A DNA stretch of 62,906 nt, counting the filler, from Octopus bimaculoides (Eukaryota), in the NCBI RefSeq assembly GCF_001194135.2. It is 3 parts of 3 records of this genome, joined end to end, with 100 filler letters (N's around TTAATTAATTAA, not from the genome) between each part and the next. Parts side by side here need not be neighbours in the genome. Positions count along the whole stretch, not along the records: positions 12,608 to 41,244 come from NC_068985.1; 2 more parts are not named here. The stretch is one strand, 5' to 3'. The position numbers were made by a program, and so were the translations under genes. Below, piece by piece: positions 26,181-37,142 of the stretch. A model generated the notes under the pieces. The model was not told where the DNA came from, did not search any database, and worked only from the letters and a program-made list of their open reading frames with translations. Position 1 is the first letter of the stretch; each line of letters starts with the position of its first letter.

Positions 26181-26723
26181 AAAAAATCTCATACCACCTA
26201 GACATGTGAGATGCATTGGTCATTTCTGCAGCAAGTTTCAACTTGTATAGTCTCTGTAACTATATGAATAATCACCCAGATATGCATACAACACTCTAGT
26301 GTACATATTTGAAAATCTCCATCTGTCAAACAGAGACTAAACAGGCACAAAGAGTAAATAGATTCAGAAATAGCTGCAACATCGACAGTCTCCCTGGTTC
26401 GAGACACTGTGCTGGGATGTACACTGCCAGCGACAATTATAGACGATCAACAACTACAAGCTCCGCTGTAGCCATTACCAGAAATTACAGACGTGCACAC
26501 TGTTTAAAAAGCTTCACGCATCATAAAAATCTAGAGAAATTTAAGTCTAGGACTTTATCTACAGTAATAATATATGACAAAAGTGAATAGAAAAAAAAGC
26601 ACTATATGTTAAGCATTATAAGTCATTTCAATTTAGTAAAAAACAGTTGACATAGTTGAGACCAGGACAAAAGCAAGTCCCTTCGTTAATGTGTGTGAGT
26701 ACGTATTTATATATATGTCATGG

Positions 26724-26754
<31 letters not shown>

Positions 26755-27559
26755 TGTATGTATGTATACATATATATATATAACTTGTGTCTAGAAGAAG
26801 GTGCAGAGATCGTTACGTCCATAGAACCACATGAGCAGGTGAGATTGATACCATTTATATTCCTCTTTACTTTCATGTTTTTCTAACTTAACATTTGAGA
26901 GAAAGATATGAGAAATGTGTAGAGAGACCTACGCTCTGGGAAGACAGGAGCAATTGTAACGATTTACGCGGGGCCTAGAGGATTGCATACAACATGAGTG
27001 AGGAGAGGAGAGGAGCAGAAACCTCGAAAGCATCTTCCACTGTCTTTTTCAAGGGCAAGAAAACACAAACGATACGAAATAATATAATCGCACTACCTTT
27101 GTATTCCTGAGCAGGAACCCAATTTCTTTGTTAAGTGAAAATAAAATCAATCGACTCCTTACCTTGATTGATTAGTTTGTTATAAAGAAAATCAGGTTTA
27201 TTCCTAAATATATATCACATTAGCTGTGAGAATAGCACATCTGTAAAAGTTAAAACAGGAATAAGATAACGGAAGTATTTCCGTTTATTTGATATTACTA
27301 CACAGATGTCTTCAGATAAGATTCTAAGATTATATATTTTCCGGTAGAAGGTTAATGTTATTACGATTTTTTTTATCATCTCCTATAAACGTAATGTTGA
27401 TTTAAAAAAAAAACAATGCGCATCTCATTTTGCTGTTTTTATTCCATTCACATCTAATAAGAATAATAAGAATATGAAAGCTTCCATCAGCACTTAACTA
27501 GGGCTTTATGTTATAGTAGACTACCCGTGGCCCGTTGGGTCACCAATAGTTCAAGGTAC

Positions 27560-27800
27560 CCGAAAAAACCGCGTATTTCGGGAACCTGTGGTCAGATTTA
27601 CTTTCAAAGCATTTTCCCCATTATGAGCCGGTTTGGCTATTAATAAAGTGTAACGTTGGAGGTTTCTACTATTTTCCCTCTGATAAAGGTAGCATTTATT
27701 GAGGCCAAATTTCATCCAAATGTCATCACTAAACAGTTTTAAAACTGCTAATGAACCCTGTAATTGTTTCTTATTATTGAGTGAGAGAGCAGAGCATGCC
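27560..27800 (-). mobile_element. Non-LTR RT fragment (R4/Dong-like)
   Basis: QLQGSLAVLKLFSDDIWMKFGLNKC, resembling the FSxDIxMxFGLDKC motif. Confidence 0.65.
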
Positions 27801-28125
27801 ACCAAAGTGACACTGGGGGAGATTATATACGAAGCCCAATATACTCATCATGATTACTCGCCTGATAAGGGTACACCAGGCACAAGAATCGCAACCATAT
27901 GTGAGCGATTTGGGGATCTCATATCAAGATAAGCAGCGCATGACCTTGCAGGTGGGGCCCAGTTATAATTGTTTTCAGGTCGAGTAGCCCAACCCGCTCA
28001 AAAGATCCCTCGATAAGGTTTGTTTAAGGATGTTGAACGAAACACCCATGCTTCCAGAGGTGAATTATTCAAACCCCAAAGAATTCCTCTCAACACATGG
28101 CTTCTGATCGTGCTCAGAGATGCAC

Positions 28126-28191
<66 letters not shown>

Positions 28192-28559
28192 GTCAAGACG
28201 AAGAGCGCGATTCGATTGTAAGATATTTTATTAGTTGAACGATATTTCAACAGTACGTCTGTCTTTGTCAAGTTCAAAATAAGAAGTAATAAAAATTCAA
28301 AATTACGGAAATTCAAACGTAAAGTATGAACGAGAGCAACCAGCGTCCACACGTTGATGGAATGACATAAGTTTTAAGTTACAATTTTATAACAGGCGAA
28401 AAGAAAAAGACAGGAAAAAATAGAAAAAAGAAGACGACAGAAAGAAAGGAAAAAGAAAAGAGAGAAAGAAGAATATTTAATCAAACAGTCTTGTATAAAT
28501 TTGATGATATTCTCCTGTCATTTTATTCATTCCTCCAGGGCGTGATGTTACTAACCCGC

Positions 28560-28780
28560 AAACATATTTCTCCTCATACATTATGAGAAGTGAAAGTGGA
28601 GCAGATTCAAAGAAAAATGACAACGCTATTCAAAAGAAGATTTGCGTTTTCAAGCTCAGAACTGAGAAAACTGATAAGGAGGATACAGGAGGCGGTCGAA
28701 AAAGCCAGCTTCTATATATGGCTGAAGCGGGAAGACCAAATATGGCTTGAAAGTCATAACATGCCGGCAGGAAAATAACA
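28560..28780 (+). mobile_element. 3' end of an RLE-type non-LTR element (Hero/NeSL-like)
   Basis: LRKLIRRIQEAVEKASFYIWLKRED, resembling the AAERASxWLWLxR terminal motif. Confidence 0.55.
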
Positions 28781-28887
28781 TCATTAGGTGAGACAGGCTG
28801 ACACTGAAGTGGCTTCGTTGATTGACAGGTGACGGTCTCGGTTAGAGTATGCGTGGGCTAAGATTACGCGCCTTCCATTATCAGTTA

Positions 28888-29067
28888 AAGTTTAGACAGT
28901 GTCACGTGACAACTTGCTGGGGCTGCTTGCTGGAGCCTAGCAGCGGGAAGTTTAGACAGTGTCATGTGACAACTTGCTGGGGCTGCCTACTGGACCCTAG
29001 CAGCGAGAAATTTAGACAGTATCACGTGACAACTTGCTGGAGCAGCCTGCTGGAGCCTAGCAGCAGG
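28888..29067 (+). repeat. 3 x 60-bp tandem repeat, each unit with an E-box core
   Basis: Units start with tttagacagt at 28891, 28951 and 29011. Cores are GTCACGTGAC, GTCATGTGAC and ATCACGTGAC. Confidence 0.95.
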
Positions 29068-29074
29068 TATAAAA
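29068..29074 (+). promoter_or_regulatory. TATA box (TATAAAA) directly after the 60-bp array
   Basis: ggTATAAAAagggg at the end of the third unit, upstream of the hammerhead cores. Confidence 0.55.
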
Positions 29075-29209
29075 AGGGGAATTTGACAAGACAGTCTGTC
29101 GGATGCTGACACTCGTTGATGCTGCATCGAAGAGGCTAGGGACTAGAAGAAAGAAGACATGCACCCAACACCAGACCTGAAGACACCTCCGAAAGGGGGG
29201 GGCGCCACG

Positions 29210-29317
29210 TCAAAACGGTAGAGGAGTAGAGTCCGAGTGGTTCCTCCTGATGATGTCTTGAGCTAACTGGATCCTATAAAGGAGCTGTTGTGGTAGCAGA
29301 CTTCGAAACATGGTTGA
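29210..29317 (+). ncRNA. Candidate type III hammerhead ribozyme
   Basis: GUA at 29218-29220; stem I GAGGAG/TTCCTC (29221-26/29241-46); CTGATGA 29247-53; extra U then G..C closing a long stem II hairpin; GAAAC 29305-09. Stem III is weak. Confidence 0.5.
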
Positions 29318-29527
29318 AATTCCTCTGAGAATATGCACTTTCAAGTCTTCCTCAAAATTGCAGCCGCTTGAAACGAAATGTTTAGCAAGTTTTGTCGAAC
29401 TACTCGACTAATCGAACTAATCGACTCATGCCCACCTCCCTCAAGCTGCCCATGTGGAAAAAATTTGAAATAATTCTTGATGATGTTGTTAATATTATTA
29501 AGGCAGCGAACTCACGTAGTCGTAAGC

Positions 29528-29577
<50 letters not shown>

Positions 29578-29578
<1 letters not shown>

Positions 29579-29923
29579 TGGAGGCGCAATGGCCCAGTGG
29601 TTAGGGCAGCGGACTTGCGGTCATAGGATCGCGGTTTCGATTCCCAGACCGGGCGTTGTGAGTGTTTATTGAGCGAAAACACCTAAAGCTCTTTCACCAC
29701 AACTTTCTCTCAATCTTACTTCCTGCTTCTGTTGTGCCTGTAATTCAAAGGGGCCAGCCTTGTCACACTGTGTCACGCTGAATCTCCCCGAGAACTACGT
29801 TATGGTTACACGTGTCTGTGGAGTGCTCAGCCACTTGCACGTTAATTTCACGAGCAGGCTGTTCCGTTGATCGGATCAACTGGAACCCTCGACGTCGTAA
29901 GCGACGGAGTGCCAACAACAACA
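29578..29923 (+). mobile_element. Same young SINE family, internally deleted, inserted in (AGT)n
   Basis: Near-identical to 14334-14724 apart from a deletion after cctaaagctc; flanked by (AGT)n. Confidence 0.9.
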
Positions 29924-31079
29924 AGTAGTAGTAGTAGTAGTAGTCATATATTCAGCTGCGATATTGAAAATACGAAATTCATTTCGTCTTTTGTTGTAAA
30001 TGGAAATAGGTTTGTAACAGCTTTTGATCAAGTGTTTACTGATTAAAGTGGCTTGCACTCTAATCATGAAAAATCCTTATTGTGTTGCATATATTTGGGT
30101 TTGATTTTCCGCTGTCGTAGGCTTCATACATGCTTGTGTTGAAATAGCAGCAGTCAATCTGCGATATCAGAAATTTTACACTCCGCCTCACCCACATAAA
30201 CAGACATTCAAACAGACACATGTTAGTGTATGTGTATGCGTATAACACGAGCACGATCTGCATGGTTGCACTTCAGTGACAGAAAATATTAAAAGAAACA
30301 ATAAAATTATGTTTCCACTAATTGCTAACATAATTGTTTACTTACATTAAACTTCACTGTCTGTTTATCATTTGAGTAACATAAAAACATTTTATACAAC
30401 GGCGCCTAAATTCGCTAAAAGAAAAGAAACCGAGAGTTATGTTGACAAAAATATCGCCGAAGCGTATACAACGATCCTCCCTTTACAAATACAAAAGTGC
30501 TCAGAATAGCTTGACCTTAATTTCTCTGCAGCCCTTAGACAATTTAGTATTTACAAATCAGACGTGTCAAACTTTATTAGCCAAAATATATACAACCATC
30601 AAAGAGTGAAAATGAAGTGAATAATATCCTGCAAGTTTGCAGTGAGCTTCCTGACGACCGTCCATATGGACTCAGAAGTGTAGAGTTAGCGCTTAGCAAA
30701 GAAAACACTTTACCGGCATAGAAAATACTTTACATGCAACAAAAACGTATTACACCAGTATATTCCCATTAGAAATAGATGACAGTATTGACATGAAGTG
30801 TAGCTTCTCCTGGATTCGAAATTGCTACTTCACATTTGTTACAACTTGAACTTATGTTATGTGTCATTTAGTCTATCGCACGTGCACGTTTGTGTGTGTA
30901 TATGTGTGTATGATGGTTAATTTTGATTGGTTCTTTTCCTATCTACAAAACCTACTATAAATTGTTTCGCAACAATAAATGTTCTTTTTTAAGCCATTGT
31001 TTGGTGCTTTTTAAACACTTTATTACACTTGTTTTACTGCCTAATAGCAGTCTGTTGACGCTTTCCCTCTTTGCAGAAG

Positions 31080-31610
31080 TGGGTAGCACAAGTATTAACG
31101 ACGGAGTACGAAAACCACACCTCCTCGGAGCTTACGTCTTCTGAGGAGGAGCAGGTGAAGAAAAGAAATTTGCGGCTGTCGCCAAGAGTCACAGTAATGA
31201 AGTCAAACTAACAGAACTGAGTAAATATAAAGAAATGCATTCTATGGAGGGGTGCGACGTAAAGGTGTCCCCTCCCCAAGGAATTTTGAAAACTACCAAG
31301 GAGAAAACTATAATATATAGAACGTACTCTATAAAAACAAGGGAAATGGAAAAAATGACGACCACGCAAGTAGAAAAGGCCTTGAAACCACTTTGGTAGA
31401 GGTTTTCATACCTTGCCAGAGAAATGAAGTTCGGAACAGTAGAGGTGATTTTCCGAGAGGTAGCTACTGCCAGGTTACACTCGGCAACCTCTTTATGGAC
31501 AGAAGTTGTACTTCTACCAATATACCTTGGGAAACATGCTTCAATGGTTAGGGTAGATCTATCACCAGAGATTGACGTAGCCTGGTTAGTAGCTCTAATT
31601 AGTAGCTCTA
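31080..31610 (+). mobile_element. Decayed LINE ORF1-like fragment (probably L1/Tx1)
   Basis: IIYRTYSIKTRE...VEKAL...KFGTVEVIFRE...LLPIYLGK...VRV..SPEIDVAWL; recognised from memory only; stops present. Confidence 0.4.
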
Positions 31611-31649
31611 ATTAGTAGCTCTGTTAGTAGCTCTAATTAGCCAGCTGAC

Positions 31650-32300
31650 GACAGCACACATCAGAATTAATGGTCTGGTTGTATGGGAGGAGCTTATAAT
31701 AAATAATGCCTTTGTGATGCCATCAAGCACAAAACATTGGTTTTTCGGCATGCATATTCGTCTTTGCCAGCTGTTTTGGGTGTCCTTGCGCAGACTGCAG
31801 GATCTTTTTCTCACTACATTTTCATACACAATTTATTTTTCCTCTCCAGTCATAAGTTGTTTCAAAACGGGATGCTTTCATTCTGTTTCAAAAGCAGCAT
31901 ATTACAAACGGAATACTGGTTCAAGCAATTCTGTATATTATAGCAAGAAATGTATCTTAGCTCCACTAGGTATTCATGAGCCTTACTTTTAGAAACTAAC
32001 TCCTCTGCAACTTCTCTAGTCGTGATATGTGAGTTAGTTTTCTTCGATTTTTGCCTTCAAAACATCTCCATTCACTTTTGAAGGTCTTCTACTGCGAATG
32101 TGATCTTCCGATCTAAACTCTCCAGCTTTAAATTTTGCAAACCACCTTCAAACAGTTGATTGACCTACAGCAGCATCACCATAAACTCCACAAATACCTT
32201 TGCAAGTCTTTGCAGCATTTTCTCTTTCTTTAAAAAGAAAATGTATTACAACAAAAATATGAAATATATGGTTTTCCATTTCAAATGTCAGTAACTGGAA
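31650..32300 (-). mobile_element. Mariner transposase fragments
   Basis: Minus strand MENHIFH...AAKTCKGICGVYGDAAVGQSTV.RWFAKFKAGEF...DHIRSRRP (mariner N-terminal HTH). Confidence 0.75.
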
Positions 32301-32517
32301 GGAAAGATAAATCTATTCTTAGTCAGGAACAGAGAAGGGATACACTACCGCTTCTAGCAATGCCAAAGTTTTAACTGTGTTATATTTCAGGTGTTTTCAA
32401 TGAAGCGTTAAATGATTTAGCTTAAAAACGCTCAGAGCTTTCCAGACAACCTAATATTTATCTTTTGAATATTTTCATTTTTACTTCTCTCTAGATCTCA
32501 ACTGTTGACTGCATACA

Positions 32518-32620
<103 letters not shown>

Positions 32621-32921
32621 CACACACACACACACACGCACAAATATTTGTGTGCAGGGATACATATGAAGTTCGTTATTGTATATCTTCCATTGCATAT
32701 TTTTTATTCAACACACCACAAATAACACACAAAGCAACTATACCAACGCCGACGACGTCTAGATCAAGATTATAAACATCTAAGGCAGAGATCGGGTAGA
32801 ATCGTTAACACGCTGTGAAAAATGCTTAGCGGCATTTTGTCCATCTTTATGTTCTGAGTTCAAATACCGCCGAAATCGACTTTGTCTTTCATCCTTTCGA
32901 AGTCAATAAAAGAAGTAACAG

Positions 32922-34139
32922 TGAAATACTCATCAACTTTTACAAGCTTCGTTTGAAAGTGAAGGTGGAGAAGTAAGTGCTGCCTTCCCGCAAATTTGTT
33001 GGAATGTAGGTAAATGCGACAAGAATCGTCCGAGTGAACGGAACTGCTCTGAACTTGCGACTGTAGATTAAAATCATAAGAAAGAAATTGCTCGAGTGGT
33101 CAGCTTGAACGGAGATTTTCCCCGTTTACGTCTGACCAAACTGAAGTGTGTACTGTTCCGCTTTCTGAGGAACGAATGCGTTCCTCTAGACAGGCGGCCC
33201 CTTTGCTGGTAACACCTGCTGAATAAAGGGCTGGGAATGATGTGGCTGCTGGTAGACAGACATGTGCTAAGGTTGCGGCATCACCAATGCTTACTTAATG
33301 GTGGGCAGTTGTGGTCGCTGCTTGTCAGACACGATTTTCCATAGATCGTCTCTTTGTCTGAGTTGCAGTCCTGAATCAAGCGTAGACCAATGCAGAACGC
33401 TTGGCACCTAGAGTGTCGTCACACAATCACAATCCTATGTCAGTCGGTCAATGCGGTCGGTGAAAATTCCACTCAGGCGTTCTATAGAGGTTTAGCGGCT
33501 GCCAAGTACGACGACGTTTCGAGGAGATTCCGGGCCTCGACGAGAATGAGCTGGCTGGTCTGGTCCGGAAACTTTTCCGGCCGGGGCCTATGGATAACTT
33601 CCAGAAACACTTGGCTTAGTAGTGTCACCGGAGTGCATTGCCTGATCCGGCTATCCATTGTAAAAATCGCCCCATCTCCTTCCTAGAGGAACGGGAGGGT
33701 TGTGTGGTGGACCAAGTTGACAGGGCTGAAGACAGCCACTTTACTCTTTGGCCAAGCACTCATCAACTTTTTCAAGTTTCGCTTGAAAAGTGAGGGTAGA
33801 GATGGAAGTACTGCCTCCAAGCAATTTTGTTAAGAGGCGGGTGAATGTAGCGCATATGGCCCGAGTGAACGGGCCATCTCTAAGCAAGTGGCTCTTGAGC
33901 GAGAGTAGATGATATGGAGAGGGCACATACCATAGAGGTCAGGACGATCGTGGTTTTGTGGAGATTCCATAAGCAGCCGTTGGAAAACTCCCTCTTTTGG
34001 GGATCTAATTCCTATAATTTTATTGTTATTTTATTGTTATTCTGTTTTTACACGCTTCAATCCAAATCTATTTGTGCTGTGTTGTCACGTGCTGTTTTCA
34101 ATCTTTTATGAGTCCTCAGTGGTTAATAAAGAATATTAT

Positions 34140-34140
<1 letters not shown>
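32922..34140 (+). mobile_element. Two tandem L1/Tx1-like ORF2 3' fragments
   Basis: LFRPGPMDNFQKHLAW.C.RSALP and LINFFKFRLK.KVRVE..VL....F.KRWVN-like text. The latter occurs twice (about 32925-33050 and 33765-33890). Each fragment is followed by AATAAA (about 33222 and 34125). Confidence 0.6.
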
Positions 34141-34177
<37 letters not shown>

Positions 34178-34574
34178 AATGCGTCGTGCTGGCAGAATCG
34201 TAAACGCACTGGCAAAATGCTTAGCGACCTTTCGTCTGTCTTCACTTTCTGAGTTCAAACTCCGCTGAGGTCGACTTTACCTTTCATCTTTTCGGGGTCG
34301 AAAAGATAAGTTCCAGTTGAACACTGGAATCGATGCAACCGTCTTACCCCTTCCCAGAAATTGATTGCCTTGGGCCAAAATTTGAAATTATTATTATTGT
34401 TGTTGTTGTTGTTGTTGTTAAGGCGGTGAGCCGGCAGGATCGTTAGCACACTGGACGAAATGCTTAGTGATATTTCGCCCGTCGCAAGGTTCTGAGTTCA
34501 AATTCCTGCGAGGTCGACTTTGCTTTTCATCCTTTTGGGGTCGATAAAATAACTACCAGTTGGACACTGGGTCG

Positions 34575-35560
34575 ATGTAATCGACTCATCCCCACCTATC
34601 CCAAGCTGCCCCTGTGGAAAAAATTTCAAATAATAATTGTTGTAGATGTTGTTGTTGTTGTTAATATTATTAAGGCAGCGAACTGGAATAATCGTAAGTG
34701 TAGTAGTAGTAGTAGTCATATATTCAGCTGCGATATTGAAAATATGAAATTCATTTCGACTTTTGTTTTAAATGGAAATAGGTTTGTAACAGCTTTTGAT
34801 CAAGTAATTACTAATTAAAGTGGCTTGCACTCTCATCTTGAAAAATCCATATTGTGTCGCACATATCTGCACACAAACGAAAACACACAAACAAACACAC
34901 ACAAATATTTGTGTGCAGGGATACATATGAAGTTTGTTATTGTATATTTTCCATTGCATATTTTTTATTCAACATACCACAAATATTGTTGGCACTCCGT
35001 CGGTTACGACGACGAGAGTTCCAATTGATCCGATCAACGGAACAGCCTGCTCGTGAAATTAACGTGCAAGTGGTTGAGCACTCCACAGACACGTGTACCC
35101 TTAACGTAGTTCTCGGGGGAAATTCAGCGTGACCCTTTGAATTACAGGCACAACAAAAACAGGAAGTAAGAGTGAGAGAAAGTTGTGGTGGAAGAGTACA
35201 GCAGGGTTCGCCACTACCCCCTGCCGTAGCTTCGTGGAGCTTTTAGGTGTTTGCGCCCAATAAACACTCACAACGCCCGGTCTGGGAATCTAAACCGCGA
35301 TCCTATGACCGCGAGTCCGCTGCCCTAACGACTGGGCCATTGCGCCTCCACATACCACAAATAACACACAAAGTAACTATACCACGCCGACGACGACGTC
35401 TAGATCAAGATTATAAACACACCTAAGGCGGAGAACGGGTAGAATCGTTGGCATGCTTTGAAAAATGCTTAGCGACATTTTGTCCGTCTTTGCGTTGTGT
35501 TGAAATACCGCCGAAGTCGATTTTGCCTTTCATAATTTCCAGATCGATAAAAAAGTAAGA
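34575..35560 (+). repeat. Local segmental duplicate of 29420-30090 plus 32640-32920
   Basis: Shared unique text, e.g. gtcatatattcagctgcgatattgaaaata...ggtttgtaacagcttttgatcaagt and caaatatttgtgtgcagggatacatatgaagtt...gacgtctagatcaagattataaaca. Confidence 0.92.
34986..35350 (-). mobile_element. Same young SINE family
   Basis: 13-bp TSD CATACCACAAATA (34973-85 / 35351-63); CpGs intact. Confidence 0.9.
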
Positions 35561-35776
35561 ATAAATATGTTATTGAATTACCCCTCCCTCGAAATTGTTG
35601 GCCTTGTACCATAATTTAAAGCATTACTATTGGATGAAAGTAGTCGACATTTGCATGAGTTGTTTTTATTCTGCGAAGCATATCATTGCGTTCCGATGTT
35701 CTAATTTCCTAACTGAAGTGGAATCTGTCCTAAATCATAACATTTAACACAGTATCTAAACGTGTGAGGTGTTACC

Positions 35777-35936
35777 ATGTTGGTCTCTTGTGCTTTACTG
35801 TTACTTGCAATTGTCTCCATCACTGTATATTTTCTACAAAATTATTTGAAAGTGCTAAAATTCTACAAGAATGTACCAAGTTTGAAGAGTCGGTATCTAG
35901 TCGGCGATGTACCACAACTCCAAGGAGATAATATAG
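35777..35936 (+). CDS. First coding exon of a probable cytochrome P450 (CYP4-clan-like)
   Basis: MLVSCALLLLAIVSITVYFLQNYLKVLKFYKNVPSLKSRYLVGDVPQLQGDNI(G). N-terminal TM anchor, basic stretch, then a P..xxxLVGxxxQL segment typical of microsomal P450 N-termini. Donor ATA G|gtttgt. No haem motif or later exons seen. Confidence 0.55.
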
Positions 35937-36635
35937 GTTTGTGTTTTTCACTTCACTTTAATTTACTAAGTGTATCTACAGTTTTAAATCTGCATGCTCA
36001 TTTATTCCCTCTTTATCGGGGAACCATGTGTTTATATTAGAGTTTATGATGATGACAATAACGTTTAACTGCTTCCAGTCGGCAGTGACTGAATGAATCT
36101 ATGATCAAATATGTTCCAGATATGGAGCTGTCTTTCTCTCGGGTATTTCATACCTACGAATACATTATTCAGTATTTTTTTGTTTTCAAGACGGTAGCGT
36201 GTAACTGAAATGTAATTTGACTGCTATTTCTAGCAAGCTAGTTAAATACAAGGAGGGTCTTACATTTACGGGTCGATGTAAGCAAAACCTCTAAATCCTA
36301 CACTGGTACCGTGATACAGTTTTATTTATTATTTCCCAACGGCATAACTACAGGGTTTTACCCCCCAGACTTTGAGAGGTTATAACTTTCAGAAAAATGA
36401 ATTTATTTTAATGAAATTTTCTACGCATATAGTATTAACTATGCAGAATCCGAATATACAAAGATTTCCGGTGAAAGGTTTTTGAAATGGGGGTGGGGGA
36501 CAATTTTCGGAAATTCCAACGGAGTCCACTTAAATNNNNNNNNNNNNNNNNNNNNNNNNNNNNNNNNNNNNNNNNNNNNNNNNNNNNNNNNNNNNNNNNN
36601 NNNNNNNNNNNNNNNNNNNNNNNNNNNNNNNNNNN

Positions 36636-36666
<31 letters not shown>

Positions 36667-36684
36667 CGTGTGTGTCCAGGTTAT

Positions 36685-37142
36685 GTTGTTGGCACTCCGT
36701 CGCTTATGACGTCGAGAGTTCCGGTTGATCCAATTAACGGAACAGCCTGCTCATGAAATTAACGTGCAAGTGGCTGAGCACTCCACAGACACGTGTACCC
36801 TTAACATAGTTCTCGGGGATATTCAGCGTGACACAGTGTGACAAGGCTGACCCTTNNNNNNNNNNCACGTGTACCCTTAACATAGTTCTCGGGGATATTC
36901 AGCGTGACACAGTGTGACAAGGCTGACCCTTTGAATTACAGGCACAACAGAAACAGGAAGTAAGAGTGAGAGAAAGTTGTGAAAGAGTACAGCAGGGGTC
37001 GCCACCACCTCCTGCCGGAGCCTTGTGGAGCTTCAGATGTTTTCGCTCAATAAACACTCACAACGCCCAGTCTGGGAATCGAAACCGCAACCCTATGACT
37101 GCGAGTTCGCTGCCCTAACCACTGGGCCATTGCGCCTCCACA
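36685..37142 (-). mobile_element. Same young SINE family (overlap duplication across a 10-N gap)
   Basis: TSD GTCCAGGTTAT (36674-84 / 37143-53); several CpG>TpG changes. Confidence 0.88.

Larger units (their letters stand above)
28795..29345 (+). mobile_element. Penelope-like pseudo-LTR or retrozyme-like module (promoter plus hammerhead motifs)
   Basis: GC-rich, CpG-intact block combining an enhancer-like array, a TATA box and two CTGANGA...(G)AAAC cores. Penelope pLTRs and retrozymes are known to carry such hammerheads. Boundaries approximate. Confidence 0.45.

Noticed and set aside
26930-27080. Short Cys-containing frames (GRCFRGFCSSPLLTHVVC)
   Set aside because: No start codon, signal peptide or consistent splice sites.
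28888-29067. CRISPR-like array
   Set aside because: Contiguous 60-bp tandem units with no unique spacers; eukaryotic context.
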